Assembly: GCA_902547535.1 (NCBI GenBank)
Contig: CACCOB010000004.1
Location: 10,713-74,712, forward strand
DNA: 64,000 nucleotides
Origin: an uncultured Pelagibacteraceae bacterium
Lineage (GTDB): Bacteria > Pseudomonadota > Alphaproteobacteria > Pelagibacterales > Pelagibacteraceae
Reading direction: 5' to 3'
Part shown: piece by piece, positions 22,424 through 33,645 of the stretch
Layout of the letters: the number at the start of each line of letters is the position of its first letter
Numbering within the stretch: position 1 is the first letter of the stretch
The notes under the pieces: generated by a model
Databases searched by the model: none
Seen by the model: the letters and a program-made list of their open reading frames with translations, nothing else
Told to the model about the DNA's origin: nothing
Program-made: the position numbers and the translations under genes

Positions 22424-23311
22424 ATGTTTAAAGGTTCAAATGTAGCTTTAGTAACACCATTTAAAGGCGATAGTCTTGATGAGGAAACTTATGTAAAAAT
22501 TATTAATTTTCATTTAGAAAATGGAACAAATGGGCTTGTTCCAGCTGGAACAACGGGTGAGTCTCCAACTCTTTCACATAAAGAACATGAAAAAGTTATA
22601 GAGTTATGCATACAAGAAGCAAAAGGAAAAATTCCTGTAATTGCAGGCACTGGATCAAACTCTACTACAGAGGCCATATCACTAACAGAGCATGCAGAAA
22701 AGGCTGGAGCAGATGGTGCTTTGATAGTTACACCTTATTATAACAAACCCACTCAGGAGGGCTTATATCATCATTACAAGGCTATAAATGACAAATGTGG
22801 CATACCAATAATAATTTATAATATTCCTGGCAGATCAGTTATAGATATGACAGTTGATACTATGGCAAGGTTATTTGAGCTTAAGAATATAGTAGGAGTT
22901 AAAGATGCAACTGGTGATTTGAATAGAGTAGATGAGACTTTCAAAAAAATTGGAAATGAATTTATCCAACTAACAGGAGAGGACGGTCTTGCTTATGAGT
23001 ACAATAAAAGAGGGGGGGTTGGATGTATTTCTGTTACAGCCAATATAGCTCCTAAAATGTGTTCTGATATGCAAAAATTTTCAAAATCTGATGATAAAGA
23101 TGAGCAAAAAAAAGCTGAGGAGATAGATAAAATTCTTCAACCTGTTCACAAATCTTTGTTCATTGAGAGCAATCCATCTCCAGTTAAATATGCAGCTAAA
23201 TTGATCGGTCTTTGTGATGACAATGTGAGATTACCTTTAGTAAAAGTTTTAGAACAAACAAAAACTGAGGTAAAAAAAGCACTTTTATCTGCCAAATTAA
23301 TTAATGAATAA
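22424..23311 (+). CDS. dapA: 4-hydroxy-tetrahydrodipicolinate synthase
   Basis: [30 protein letters not shown]. Confidence 0.96.
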   Translation: MFKGSNVALVTPFKGDSLDEETYVKIINFHLENGTNGLVPAGTTGESPTLSHKEHEKVIELCIQEAKGKIPVIAGTGSNSTTEAISLTEHAEKAGADGALIVTPYYNKPTQEGLYHHYKAINDKCGIPIIIYNIPGRSVIDMTVDTMARLFELKNIVGVKDATGDLNRVDETFKKIGNEFIQLTGEDGLAYEYNKRGGVGCISVTANIAPKMCSDMQKFSKSDDKDEQKKAEEIDKILQPVHKSLFIESNPSPVKYAAKLIGLCDDNVRLPLVKVLEQTKTEVKKALLSAKLINE

Positions 23312-23774
23312 AAAAACCATTCATGGTTTAAAAATTATTACAATAAATAGAAAAGCGTCTTTTAATTATTTTTTTAAAGAGGTATTTGAAGCAGGTATTG
23401 TTTTAAAAGGATCTGAAATAAAATCAGTAAGATTAGGTAAAATTAATATAGCTGACTCATATGCTGTAGATAAAGATGGAGAAATTTTTTTGATTAATTC
23501 CCACATACCTATTTATAAACAAGCAAGTTACTCAAATCATAATCCTTACTCTGAGAGAAAGCTTTTATTAAATAAAAAAGAAATAAATAAAATAATTGGT
23601 AGAATTCATGAAGATGGTTTAACTATTGTGCCAACTAAAATGTATTTCAAAAAAGGTAAGGCAAAATTAGAAATTGCAGTAGCTAAAGGTAAAAAACAAT
23701 TTGATAAAAGACTGACAAAAAAAACAAGAGATTGGAACCGTGAAAAGGCAAGATATATTAGAAAATCAAGTTAA
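23304..23774 (+). CDS. smpB: SsrA-binding protein
   Basis: [34 protein letters not shown]. Confidence 0.96.
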   Translation: MNKKTIHGLKIITINRKASFNYFFKEVFEAGIVLKGSEIKSVRLGKINIADSYAVDKDGEIFLINSHIPIYKQASYSNHNPYSERKLLLNKKEINKIIGRIHEDGLTIVPTKMYFKKGKAKLEIAVAKGKKQFDKRLTKKTRDWNREKARYIRKSS

Positions 23775-24270
23775 TTTAGTATATCTGGCGTTAGGTTCTA
23801 ATCTAGGCGACAAAAAAAATAATCTAAACAAAGTTATACACTTAATCCAAAAAGAGGAAATTTTTATAAAAAAAAAATCAAAATTTTACAGCACAAAATC
23901 TTGGCCAAATGAAAATTATCCTGACTTTATTAATTCTATCATATTGATTGAGACAAAATTAAATTTAACTGAATTATTTTTAAAAATTAAAAAAATCGAA
24001 AAAAAATTAGGTAGAACTAAGTCAAAAAAAAATCACCCAAGAGTATGTGATATTGATATAATTGATTATAATGGTGAAATAATCCGTAGAGAACTTGGTA
24101 ATCATATACTAAATATTCCCCACAAAAGAATGCATAATAGAAATTTTGTTCTGTTTCCTTTATATGAATTGGATAAAGATTGGGTTCACCCTGAACTTAA
24201 TACAAATATAGTCATTTTAATGACAAATTTAACCTCTGAGCAGTTATTGGGTATTAAAATTGCCAAATAA
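23740..24270 (+). CDS. folK: 6-hydroxymethyl-dihydropterin pyrophosphokinase
   Basis: [30 protein letters not shown]; start uncertain. Confidence 0.9.
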   Translation: MKRQDILENQVNLVYLALGSNLGDKKNNLNKVIHLIQKEEIFIKKKSKFYSTKSWPNENYPDFINSIILIETKLNLTELFLKIKKIEKKLGRTKSKKNHPRVCDIDIIDYNGEIIRRELGNHILNIPHKRMHNRNFVLFPLYELDKDWVHPELNTNIVILMTNLTSEQLLGIKIAK

Positions 24271-24286
24271 AATGGTATAATTAATT

Positions 24287-26029
24287 ATGCTTAAATCTGA
24301 AGAATTAATTAATAAAGTTAAAGATTATAACAAGTTTCTTAATCCAGAAACTTTGTCAAAAGCTTATAATTTTGCTTTAAAGGCGCATGAAAAACAAAAA
24401 AGAGATGAGGGCTCGCCATATATTATTCATCCAATAGCAGTTGCAAATATTTTAACTGAGTTAAAGCTAGACAGCGCAACTATAGCCACTGGTTTACTTC
24501 ATGATACAATTGAAGATACGCATGCAACTTATAATACAATAGAAACAGAATTTGGAAAAGAGGTTGCTGATTTAGTTGATGGTGTTACAAAAATTTCTGA
24601 GTTTGAAAATCAAGCCATATCAAACTCTAAGGCAGAAAATTTTAGAAAATTAATTCTCGCGACATCAAAAGATATTCGAGTTTTGTTGGTTAAGCTTGCT
24701 GATAGACTCCACAATATGCGTACAATAAAAGTTGTTAATAAAGAAAAGCAGATTAGAAAAGCAAAAGAAACTATGGAAATTTATGCTCCACTTGCAGATA
24801 GAATGGGGATGCATCGCATAAGAGATGAGTTAGAAGATCTTTCTTTTGAAGTTTTAAATGAAGACGCAAGAAAATTAATCAAAGACAGGTTAGATAAAAT
24901 CAAAGAAAACAACCTTATAAATTTCAATAATATTTCTGATGAATTTTCTGAAATACTTAAAATTAAAAATATTGAGCCAAAAATAGTTGGAAGAGAAAAA
25001 ACTCCTTTTTCAATTTGGAGAAAAATTCAAAAAAAAAGAACTTCTCTTGAGCAAATAACAGACATAATTGGTTTCAGAATTATTTTAGATAACATTGAGG
25101 ATTGTTATAAAGCTTTAGGAATTTTCCATAGTAAATGGAATTGTATTCCGGGAAAATTCAAAGATTATATTTCATCTCCAAAGATTAACAAATATCAATC
25201 ATTACATACAGCAATCATTGGCCCAAACAAGAGACCAATTGAAATCCAAATAAGAACAAAGCAAATGCATGAGTTTGCGGAAAGAGGTATTGCATCTCAC
25301 TGGAAATACAAATCATCAGAAAAATTTAACTCTTTGACTTGGAAAGAATATGATTGGTTAGCAGATTTAGTAGAAATTATTGATAAAAATGAAAATCCTG
25401 ACGATTCCTATGAATATACTAAGCTTCAAATGTTCCAAGAAAATGCTTTTTGTTTTACACCAAAAGGTTCAATTATAAAGCTTCCAAAAAATGCTACACC
25501 TATTGATTTTGCTTATGCAGTTCATACGCAAATAGGAGATGCTGCAATAGGATGTGAGATAAATGGTAAAGATAGCGCTTTACAATCCGTTTTGAGAAAT
25601 GGAGATGTTGTTAAGATCATAACATCAAAAAAAGCTTCCCCGTCACTACATTGGTTAACTAGCACAAAGACAGGTAAAGCAAGGGCGGCTATAAGACGTT
25701 ATTGGCAATATCGTGAAAATAGTAAACCGATTAAAGAAAAAAAATATAATACTACTCTATGGATATCTTTACCTGATGAACCTGGAAAAATGGGAGATGT
25801 TACCACAATGATTGGAGAAAATTTTGTTAATATTTCAAGTCTAGAAATGGTAGAAAAACTTAATGGTAAGATTAATTTTAAATTTAATTTAATTATCCAT
25901 GATCTTAAAAACTTTACAAAACTGATAAGTGAACTAAAACAAAAAGAATATAAATTTAAAATTATTAGACATAAAAATAAAAAATATGCTTTCTTTAAAA
26001 AACTCTTTAGCAGTTTTAAGAAAAACTAA
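24287..26029 (+). CDS. spoT: RelA/SpoT (p)ppGpp synthetase/hydrolase
   Basis: HDTIED hydrolase motif, KLADRLHNMRT, YQSLHT, EIQIRT, TGS motif DFAYAVHT. Confidence 0.92.
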   Translation: MLKSEELINKVKDYNKFLNPETLSKAYNFALKAHEKQKRDEGSPYIIHPIAVANILTELKLDSATIATGLLHDTIEDTHATYNTIETEFGKEVADLVDGVTKISEFENQAISNSKAENFRKLILATSKDIRVLLVKLADRLHNMRTIKVVNKEKQIRKAKETMEIYAPLADRMGMHRIRDELEDLSFEVLNEDARKLIKDRLDKIKENNLINFNNISDEFSEILKIKNIEPKIVGREKTPFSIWRKIQKKRTSLEQITDIIGFRIILDNIEDCYKALGIFHSKWNCIPGKFKDYISSPKINKYQSLHTAIIGPNKRPIEIQIRTKQMHEFAERGIASHWKYKSSEKFNSLTWKEYDWLADLVEIIDKNENPDDSYEYTKLQMFQENAFCFTPKGSIIKLPKNATPIDFAYAVHTQIGDAAIGCEINGKDSALQSVLRNGDVVKIITSKKASPSLHWLTSTKTGKARAAIRRYWQYRENSKPIKEKKYNTTLWISLPDEPGKMGDVTTMIGENFVNISSLEMVEKLNGKINFKFNLIIHDLKNFTKLISELKQKEYKFKIIRHKNKKYAFFKKLFSSFKKN

Positions 26030-26576
26030 TGCGTTATTAGATGGTCATTTTGTATTGTCATCTGGACTACATTCACCTTCATATGTGCAGTGTGCAAAAC
26101 TACTAAGTTTTCCAAATAAATCTAAAAAGTTTACGAATTCTTTGGCGAGTAAAATAAAAAAAACATTTAAAAATATCGATTTAATTCTATCACCAGCAAT
26201 GGGTGGAATTGTAATTGGTTATGAGATTGCTAGAGTTTTAAAAATAGAGACAATATTTTGTGAACGAGTTGACGGAAACTTTAAATTAAGGAGAGGTTTT
26301 AATATAAAAAAAAAATCAAGAGTTTTAATTATTGAAGATGTTATAACTACAGGAAAATCAAGTTTAGAATGTGCTAAATTAATAAAAGAATCTGATGCAA
26401 CTTTATTAGGATTTGCATGTTTAATTGATAGATCTAATAAGCAAACCATTAAAATAAAAAGAAAAAAAATCGTCTCTCAAGTAAAGTTAAGAATTCCAAC
26501 TTTTAAAGAGAAAAATGTTCCTTTAAGTTTAAAAAAAATACCAATCACAAAGCCTGGAAGTAGATTTTTAAAATGA
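25986..26576 (+). CDS. pyrE: orotate phosphoribosyltransferase
   Basis: GHFVLSSGLHS, VLIIEDVITTGKS PRPP motif. Confidence 0.93.
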   Translation: MLSLKNSLAVLRKTNALLDGHFVLSSGLHSPSYVQCAKLLSFPNKSKKFTNSLASKIKKTFKNIDLILSPAMGGIVIGYEIARVLKIETIFCERVDGNFKLRRGFNIKKKSRVLIIEDVITTGKSSLECAKLIKESDATLLGFACLIDRSNKQTIKIKRKKIVSQVKLRIPTFKEKNVPLSLKKIPITKPGSRFLK

Positions 26577-27292
26577 GAAAGAGACTTGGAGTTAATATAG
26601 ATCATGTTGCAACTTTAAGAAATGCCAGAGGTGAAAAACATCCAGACCCTTATACTGTAGCTTTAAATGTTTTAAAGGCAGGTGCAAATTCTATTACAGT
26701 TCACTTAAGAGAAGATAGAAGACATATTAAAGATAAAGATTTAAAAATCCTATTATCTAATAAATCTATACCTATTAATTTAGAAATAGCCTCTAATCCA
26801 AAAATGATTAATATTGCACTAAAAAATAAACCCTCCTTTATTTGTCTTGTACCAGAAAAAAGAAATGAAATTACCACTGAAGGTGGATTAAATTTAAAAA
26901 AAAATAAAAATAAAATAAAAAAAATATTGGAGATTTTCAATAAAAACAATATTAGAACTAGCTTATTTATAAACCCATCTCTAAAAGATATTAAATTATC
27001 AAAAATCTTAGGAAGTAAATGTATTGAAATACATACTGGCAAGATCTCTAATCAAATAAAACAAAAAAAAAATTATTCTAAAGAACTAAATAAAATTAAA
27101 AAATGTGCTTTTTATGCAAAAAATTTGGGTTTAGAAGTTCACGCAGGTCACGGGATGGATTATAAAACAACAAAAATACTTAATAAGGTTGAACAAATAG
27201 AAGAATTTAATATTGGACATTTTATTATTGGTGAGTCTGTCTCTTATGGTATTTCAAAAGTAGTTAAACAATTTATGGAAATATTAAAGTAA
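26573..27292 (+). CDS. pdxJ: pyridoxine 5'-phosphate synthase
   Basis: LGVNIDHVATLRNAR, HLREDRRHI, HAGHG, NIGH. Confidence 0.96.
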   Translation: MRKRLGVNIDHVATLRNARGEKHPDPYTVALNVLKAGANSITVHLREDRRHIKDKDLKILLSNKSIPINLEIASNPKMINIALKNKPSFICLVPEKRNEITTEGGLNLKKNKNKIKKILEIFNKNNIRTSLFINPSLKDIKLSKILGSKCIEIHTGKISNQIKQKKNYSKELNKIKKCAFYAKNLGLEVHAGHGMDYKTTKILNKVEQIEEFNIGHFIIGESVSYGISKVVKQFMEILK

Positions 27293-27681
27293 TGGATATT
27301 ATAGGTAATGGTGTTGATATTATTAAAAACAGAAGAATCAATAGTTCATTAAAAATTAAAGGTTTTTTAAATCGAATTTTTACAAAAAAGGAAATTGATC
27401 AAGGAAAAAAATTAAAGAATAAAATTAATTTTTATGCAAAAAGATTTGCTGCGAAAGAGGCATTTGTTAAGGCTATTGGGACTGGCTTTAGATCTGATAT
27501 AAACTTTATAGATATTGAAATCAATAATCGCAAGAATGGAAAGCCTTATATATCTCTATCAAAAAAATTAAAAAATTTTTTAAAAAAAAAATTTAAAATA
27601 AAAAAATATAAAGTTCATTTATCTCTTTCAGATGAAAAAGACTATTCAATCGCTTTTGTAGTTATAGATAAATTAATATGA
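27292..27681 (+). CDS. acpS: holo-ACP synthase
   Basis: GVDI, KRFAAKEAFVKAIGTG, LSLSD. Confidence 0.95.
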   Translation: MDIIGNGVDIIKNRRINSSLKIKGFLNRIFTKKEIDQGKKLKNKINFYAKRFAAKEAFVKAIGTGFRSDINFIDIEINNRKNGKPYISLSKKLKNFLKKKFKIKKYKVHLSLSDEKDYSIAFVVIDKLI

Positions 27682-28406
27682 AAAAAATTATAATCGAAAA
27701 TATTAAAACTATAATTTATGCTCTCATAATTGCAGTTTTAATTAGATCTATTTTATTACAACCCTTCTACATTCCATCTTCATCGATGGAACCAAATTTA
27801 TTAGTTGGGGATAGACTTTTTGTCACTAAATTCACATATGGTTATAGCAAGCATTCCTTCCCATTTAGTCCACCTATTTTTAACGATCGTATTTTTACTG
27901 ATGATCCTGTAAGAGGCGATGTTGTGGTATTTAAAACGCCAGCAGATAATAGAACTGACTATATAAAACGCATTATAGGCCTACCAGGAGATACAGTTCA
28001 ATTCATTAATGGTGACCTCTATCTTAATGGAAATCAAATATTAAAAACAATTAAGTCAAAAAATATCACTAATTATTGTGGAAAATCAAAAATAAAAGTT
28101 AACACTTTTGAAGAAAAACTTCCAAACGGCAAAGTTTACTTGGCATCTTACAGGACTGATATTACTTTTGCTAATTCAGATAAATACTTAGTTCCAAAAG
28201 ACCATTTATTTTTCTTAGGGGATAATAGAGATTGTTCTAAAGATAGTAGATTTTTATCTGAAGTTGGATATGTACATAAAAATAATCTTGTTGGAAAAGC
28301 TCAAATTTTATTTTTTTCATCAGATCCATTTGTAGGAAGTATTCTTAAATTTTGGAATTGGAATGAAATATTAAGATTAAATAGATTTTTCAAATTTATT
28401 AATTAA
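27678..28406 (+). CDS. lepB: signal peptidase I
   Basis: IPSSSMEPNL, YIKRIIGLPGD, GDNRDCSKDSR. Confidence 0.95.
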   Translation: MKKIIIENIKTIIYALIIAVLIRSILLQPFYIPSSSMEPNLLVGDRLFVTKFTYGYSKHSFPFSPPIFNDRIFTDDPVRGDVVVFKTPADNRTDYIKRIIGLPGDTVQFINGDLYLNGNQILKTIKSKNITNYCGKSKIKVNTFEEKLPNGKVYLASYRTDITFANSDKYLVPKDHLFFLGDNRDCSKDSRFLSEVGYVHKNNLVGKAQILFFSSDPFVGSILKFWNWNEILRLNRFFKFIN

Positions 28407-28408
28407 TT

Positions 28409-29074
28409 ATGAGCACTATTAAAAAACTACAAAGAAAAATTAAAATAGACTTTAAAAATGAAAAAATACTTTTGCAGGCTATTACTCATAAAAGTTTTGA
28501 TCCAATTAATAATTACGAAAATCTTGAATTTTTAGGTGATAGAGTACTAGGACTTGTTGTTTCAAAAAAATTATATGAACTTTATCCAAATGAAAAAGTA
28601 GGGTCTTTAGATAAAAAATTAGCCTCTTTGGTCAATAAAAATAAATGTCTAGAAGTAGGAAATTCATTAAACCTAAAGGAATTTGTAATTACAGGCAATT
28701 CTAATTCGAGAAAAAAAATTGTTGAAAATAAAATTATCTCAGATTGCTGCGAGGCATTAATTGGAGCAATTTATTTAGATAAAGGATTAGAATATTCTAA
28801 AAATTTTATTCTCAAACTATGGAAAGAACTAATCAATGACTCAGAAACTACATTTGTAGATGCTAAAACACAACTCCAGGAATACTCTTTAAAATATTTT
28901 AAATTATTGCCTATATATAAATTAGTTTCTAACACAGGGCCGAGACATAAGCCAAATTTTAAAGTTGGGGTAAAACTTAAAAATAGTGCTTATATTTATG
29001 CAACAGGATCTTCAAAAAAAAATGCAGAGCAATCCGCAGCTTCTGAACTTCTTAAAAAAATTAAGCAAAAATGA
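28409..29074 (+). CDS. rnc: ribonuclease III
   Basis: ENLEFLGDRVL signature, EALIGAIYLD, C-terminal dsRBD. Confidence 0.95.
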   Translation: MSTIKKLQRKIKIDFKNEKILLQAITHKSFDPINNYENLEFLGDRVLGLVVSKKLYELYPNEKVGSLDKKLASLVNKNKCLEVGNSLNLKEFVITGNSNSRKKIVENKIISDCCEALIGAIYLDKGLEYSKNFILKLWKELINDSETTFVDAKTQLQEYSLKYFKLLPIYKLVSNTGPRHKPNFKVGVKLKNSAYIYATGSSKKNAEQSAASELLKKIKQK

Positions 29075-29745
29075 ATTGGCAAGATAAAGGATATTTATTG
29101 TCTTTAAACAAATATAATGAAAATTCATCAATAGCTGAATTCTACACCGAAAATAATGGAAAAATAGTTGGTGTGATCTTTGGTTCAACTTCAAAAAAGA
29201 TTAAGAATTATTTATTAATAGGGAATAAATTTCACATAAATTCAAAATTAAGAGAGGATGGTAGACTTGGATATCTAAAAGTTGAGATTGATGAAATTAA
29301 AACTCCTGTCTATTTAGAAAATAAAAAAAAATTATTTTGTATCATTTATTGTGTGAATTTAATTAAAATTCTCACTGCTGAAAATGAGAGTAATATTGAA
29401 ATATATTATCTTTTAGAAAAATTATTTAAAATAATTGATCTTGATAATTGGCTTGTTGAATTTTTGTATTTAGAGCTTAATATATTAAAGTCTATTGGAT
29501 ATGATATTAACTTTAAAGATTATGTGGTTGATAAAAATATTAATGGCCAAACCAAATACATTGTAGATTCAAGTCAAAAAATTATACCTAATTTTCTAAT
29601 AGATAAAAAAAGCAGTCCTGAAAATTTAAAAGATATATATACTGGCTTTTCCATAGTTGGAGATTTTTTGGATAAAACAATTATCAAACCCAATAACAAA
29701 AACTATCCTTCTTCAAGAAATGATTTTGTAAATTTATTAAAATAA
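29071..29745 (+). CDS. recO: DNA repair protein RecO
   Basis: MNWQDKGYLLS N-terminus typical of alphaproteobacterial RecO; position after rnc. Confidence 0.8.
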   Translation: MNWQDKGYLLSLNKYNENSSIAEFYTENNGKIVGVIFGSTSKKIKNYLLIGNKFHINSKLREDGRLGYLKVEIDEIKTPVYLENKKKLFCIIYCVNLIKILTAENESNIEIYYLLEKLFKIIDLDNWLVEFLYLELNILKSIGYDINFKDYVVDKNINGQTKYIVDSSQKIIPNFLIDKKSSPENLKDIYTGFSIVGDFLDKTIIKPNNKNYPSSRNDFVNLLK

Positions 29746-30726
29746 TTAAAGTTCAATTTGATCAGCAAAATATGTTACGATACTATTTGCTCCTGCTCTC
29801 TTAAATGAAATTAGTGACTCTTTTATCGAAGCTTTGTCTATCAATTTTTTATTAATTCCATTCATTATTAAACTGTATTCGCCAGAAACTTGATATGCAA
29901 AAACTGGTATTTTAAAATTATCTTTCACCTTTTTTATTATATCAAGATAGGGCAAACCAGGTTTAACCATTACCATATCAGCACCTTCTTTTATATCTAA
30001 TGAAACTTCTCTCAAAGACTCATCAGAGTTTCTAAAATCCATTTGGTATGTTTTTTTATCACCTTTTAATAATTTTTTAGACCCAACAGCGTCTCTAAAT
30101 GGTCCATAAAAACTAGATGAAAATTTAACTGCATATGACAATATTTGTACATCATTAAAATTATTTTTATCTAAAGCTAAACGAATTTTACCAATTCTGC
30201 CATCCATCATATCTGAAGGAGCAATAACATCACATCCCATTTTGGCTTGTAACACTGCTTGTTTTGAAAGTATTTCCAAAGTTTTATCATTTAGAATATT
30301 TTTTTTCTTTAATAATCCATCATGTCCATGAGAGGTGTAAGGATCAAGAGCCACATCGCACATAATACCAATTTTATTCTTAAATTTCTTTTTAATGAAC
30401 TTTATTCCTCTACAAACCAAATTATCTGGATTTAAAGCTTCAGAACCTTTTTCATCTTTTTTTGTTGGACTTGTGTATGGAAATAAAGCAACCATAGGTA
30501 TCCCTTTTTTTATTGCCTTACTAATAACTGTATTAAGCTTATCTACACTATATCTAAATACATTTGGCATAGATTTTATTGATTCTTTTTTATTTTTTCC
30601 CTCAATCAAGAAAATTGGCAGGATCAAATCACTATAAGATAAAGAATTTTCTTGGACTAATTTTCTAGACCAAGCATATTTTCTTGATCTTCTAAGCCTT
30701 AAATTTGGGTATTTACCTGTAATCAT
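29746..30726 (-). CDS. hemB: porphobilinogen synthase
   Basis: DVALDPYTSHGHDG, APSDMMDGR, MVKPG, AYQVSGEY; start moved to ATG 30726. Confidence 0.95.
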   Translation of the reverse strand: MITGKYPNLRLRRSRKYAWSRKLVQENSLSYSDLILPIFLIEGKNKKESIKSMPNVFRYSVDKLNTVISKAIKKGIPMVALFPYTSPTKKDEKGSEALNPDNLVCRGIKFIKKKFKNKIGIMCDVALDPYTSHGHDGLLKKKNILNDKTLEILSKQAVLQAKMGCDVIAPSDMMDGRIGKIRLALDKNNFNDVQILSYAVKFSSSFYGPFRDAVGSKKLLKGDKKTYQMDFRNSDESLREVSLDIKEGADMVMVKPGLPYLDIIKKVKDNFKIPVFAYQVSGEYSLIMNGINKKLIDKASIKESLISFKRAGANSIVTYFADQIEL

Positions 30727-30794
30727 ATTGTATTTTATTATGCGACAAAATCTATTATACAAATATATATATAAATGAGTAGAAAACAATCTTC

Positions 30795-31439
30795 ATGATC
30801 GACAATAAAGATAAAATTGTAAATTTAAAGTTACATAATCAGGATGATAGGGTTTTAGACTTTAGTGATTTTCAAAAACAAACCTTGCAATTTGATATCG
30901 ATAAACTTCAAGATGCTTATAACCAAATAATTAAAATTAAAAAATTTGATGACGGGGGTGGTGTAACTAACTTTGGTGCAATTTCTTTAACACAAATACC
31001 AGGTGACCCAGACTCAATAAAAGGCAGTAAAGCTAGAGGAGTTTATTGGACTAAACCGGATAAATCTGGAAAAGAAGTTTCAAGAGATGTTGACATAGAT
31101 GAGTCTAAATACAGTGAATTTATAAGAGATTATGAAAATACATATTTTAAAGAAGTTTATGATGTTCTTTCATCAAAATATAAATTAGGTAGAGTAAGAA
31201 TTTTATTAAAAGAACCAAGATCAACATTAAGTTGGCATAGAGATCCAGAGCCCAGATTACATATACCAATTATAACAAATCCAGGATGCTTGATGGTTAT
31301 AGACAATGTGGCTATGCATATGCCTGCTGATGGATCTGTTTGGGTTACAAACAATACAAAATATCACAATGCATTTAATGGTGGTGAGGAAAATAGAATA
31401 CACCTTGTTGCTTGTGTTTTAGATTATAAATTTAATTAA
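30795..31439 (+). CDS. Asp/Asn beta-hydroxylase-like 2OG-Fe(II) oxygenase
   Basis: WHRD..RLHIPI..HNAFNGG..R.HL, an HxD...H jelly-roll pattern. Confidence 0.7.
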   Translation: MIDNKDKIVNLKLHNQDDRVLDFSDFQKQTLQFDIDKLQDAYNQIIKIKKFDDGGGVTNFGAISLTQIPGDPDSIKGSKARGVYWTKPDKSGKEVSRDVDIDESKYSEFIRDYENTYFKEVYDVLSSKYKLGRVRILLKEPRSTLSWHRDPEPRLHIPIITNPGCLMVIDNVAMHMPADGSVWVTNNTKYHNAFNGGEENRIHLVACVLDYKFN

Positions 31440-31440
31440 T

Positions 31441-31860
31441 TTGAAAAAAATCTATATTGCATCTGATCACGCTGGATTTAAGTTAAAAGAAAGTATTAAA
31501 AGAAAATTTTCATCAAAATTTGAAGTTTTAGATTTAGGTCCAAAGCATTCAAAAAAATCTGTAAATTATCCAGATTATGCCCATAAATTATCAAAAAAAA
31601 TAAAAAAAGAGAATGTTGGCATTTTGATATGTGGATCTGGAATGGGTATGGCAATAACTGCTAATAAGCATAAAAATATAAGAGCTGCGTTATGTTATTC
31701 GGTAAAAAACGTTAAATTATCTAGATTGCATAATGATGCAAATGTTATTACATTAGGAGAAAGGTTGATTAGTAAAAATTTAGCCTTTAAATGTATAAAA
31801 GCATTCTTAAATACTAACTTTGAGGGTGGAAGACATTTAAAAAGAGTAAAAAAAATATAA
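31441..31860 (+). CDS. rpiB: ribose-5-phosphate isomerase B
   Basis: ASDHAG, ICGSGMG, HNDANV, FEGGRH. Confidence 0.95.
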   Translation: MKKIYIASDHAGFKLKESIKRKFSSKFEVLDLGPKHSKKSVNYPDYAHKLSKKIKKENVGILICGSGMGMAITANKHKNIRAALCYSVKNVKLSRLHNDANVITLGERLISKNLAFKCIKAFLNTNFEGGRHLKRVKKI

Positions 31861-31866
31861 AAAATT

Positions 31867-33177
31867 ATGTCAAGTGAAACAAAATATTTGAATAGAGAAT
31901 ACAAAGACTTTTTTGAAAAAAGTTTATTAGATAGCGATCCAGAAATTTATAAAGCTATTAATGATGAGTTGATAAGACAGCAAAATCATATTGAATTAAT
32001 TGCATCTGAAAATATTGTGTCTCAAGCAGTCCTAGAAGCTCAAGGATCAGTATTAACAAATAAATATGCTGAGGGTTATCCTGGCAAAAGATACTATAAT
32101 GGTTGTGAACATGTGGATGTTGCTGAACAATTAGCTATAGATAGACTTAAAAAATTATTTAATTGTAAATTTGCTAACGCTCAACCTCACTCAGGGGCAC
32201 AGGCAAACGGAGCTGTGTTTCTAGCTTTGCTAAAACCTGGTGATACTTTTTTGGGAATGAGTTTAAATTCAGGTGGACATATTACTCATGGTTTAAAAAT
32301 CTCAATGTCAGGAAAATGGTTTAATGCAATTGGTTATGAGGTTGACAAAGAATCTGAACTTATTGATTATGATAATGTTGAAAAACTTGCTCTCAAACAT
32401 AAACCTAAACTTATAATTGCTGGTGGTAGTGCTTACTCAAGAGTAATTGATTTTAAAAGATTTAGAGAAATAGCTGATAAAGTTGGAGCATACCTTATGG
32501 TTGATATGGCTCATTTTTCCGGTTTGGTTGCTGGTAAGGGATATCCAAATCCATGTGATTATGCTCATGTGGTTACATCAACAACTCATAAAGTTTTTAG
32601 AAGTGCAAGAGGTGGAATTATTTTAACTAATCACGAAGATTTATCTAAAAAATTTAACACAGCTGTTTTCCCTGGATACCAAGGAGGTCCACTTATGCAT
32701 ATTATAGCTGCTAAAGCAGTTGGATTTAAAGAGGCATTAAAACCAGAATTTAAAGATTATATTAAAACTGTTTTAGCAAATGCAAAAATTTTAGCCGAGA
32801 CTTTAAAAAATAATGGTTTTAAAATTTATTCAGGCGGAACAGATACACATTTGATGTTAGTTGACTTAAGACCTTTTAATGTAAAAGGTAACATTGCTGC
32901 AGAAAGCCTTTCTAGAGCTAATATTACATGTAATAAAAATGGTATTCCATTTGACACTGAGAGCCCAATGATAACTTCTGGAATAAGACTTGGATCACAG
33001 GCTGCTACAACAAGAGGTTTTGGGTTAAAAGAATTTCAAATAGTAGGCGATTTAATAACAAAAACAATAAAAGGTTTAGCTGAAAATCCTGAAGATAACT
33101 CTAAAACTGAGGATGAAGTAAGAAAAGAAGTTGTTAGCCTATGTTCAAATTTTCCTATATATAAACATTTAGGTTAA
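31867..33177 (+). CDS. glyA: serine hydroxymethyltransferase
   Basis: [28 protein letters not shown] lysine. Confidence 0.97.
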   Translation: MSSETKYLNREYKDFFEKSLLDSDPEIYKAINDELIRQQNHIELIASENIVSQAVLEAQGSVLTNKYAEGYPGKRYYNGCEHVDVAEQLAIDRLKKLFNCKFANAQPHSGAQANGAVFLALLKPGDTFLGMSLNSGGHITHGLKISMSGKWFNAIGYEVDKESELIDYDNVEKLALKHKPKLIIAGGSAYSRVIDFKRFREIADKVGAYLMVDMAHFSGLVAGKGYPNPCDYAHVVTSTTHKVFRSARGGIILTNHEDLSKKFNTAVFPGYQGGPLMHIIAAKAVGFKEALKPEFKDYIKTVLANAKILAETLKNNGFKIYSGGTDTHLMLVDLRPFNVKGNIAAESLSRANITCNKNGIPFDTESPMITSGIRLGSQAATTRGFGLKEFQIVGDLITKTIKGLAENPEDNSKTEDEVRKEVVSLCSNFPIYKHLG

Positions 33178-33186
33178 TTTAATCTT

Positions 33187-33645
33187 ATGATATGTCCTAT
33201 ATGCAAAAAAGGCGACACGTCTGTTGTAGATTCAAGACCAACCGAAGATGGTACTACGATTAGAAGAAGAAGGCTTTGCACATGCGGACAAAGATTTACA
33301 ACATTTGAAAGAGTTCAATTTAGAGAACTTACAGTAATTAAAAAAAATGGAAGAAAATCATCATTTGATAGAGAAAAACTATCTAAATCAATTTATGTTG
33401 CTTTAAAGAAAAGACCCATTGATACAGAAACAACTGAAAAATTTATTTCAAAAATAAGCAGATCACTCGAAGAATTGGGTCAAAGTGAAATATTATCAAA
33501 TACAATCGGTACAATGGTTATGGAGGGACTTAAAGAACTTGATCCAGTTGCATATGTTCGATTTGCATCAGTCTATAGAAACTTCAGAGAAGAAAAAGAC
33601 TTTGTTCAATTTGTGGATAGAATTGATGTCTTTAAAAAAAGATAA
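33187..33645 (+). CDS. nrdR: transcriptional repressor NrdR
   Basis: [31 protein letters not shown]. Confidence 0.96.
   Translation: MICPICKKGDTSVVDSRPTEDGTTIRRRRLCTCGQRFTTFERVQFRELTVIKKNGRKSSFDREKLSKSIYVALKKRPIDTETTEKFISKISRSLEELGQSEILSNTIGTMVMEGLKELDPVAYVRFASVYRNFREEKDFVQFVDRIDVFKKR

Noticed and set aside
33485-33625. N-terminal extension of ribD
   Set aside because: Overlaps nrdR in another frame; ATG 33626 gives a normal RibD start
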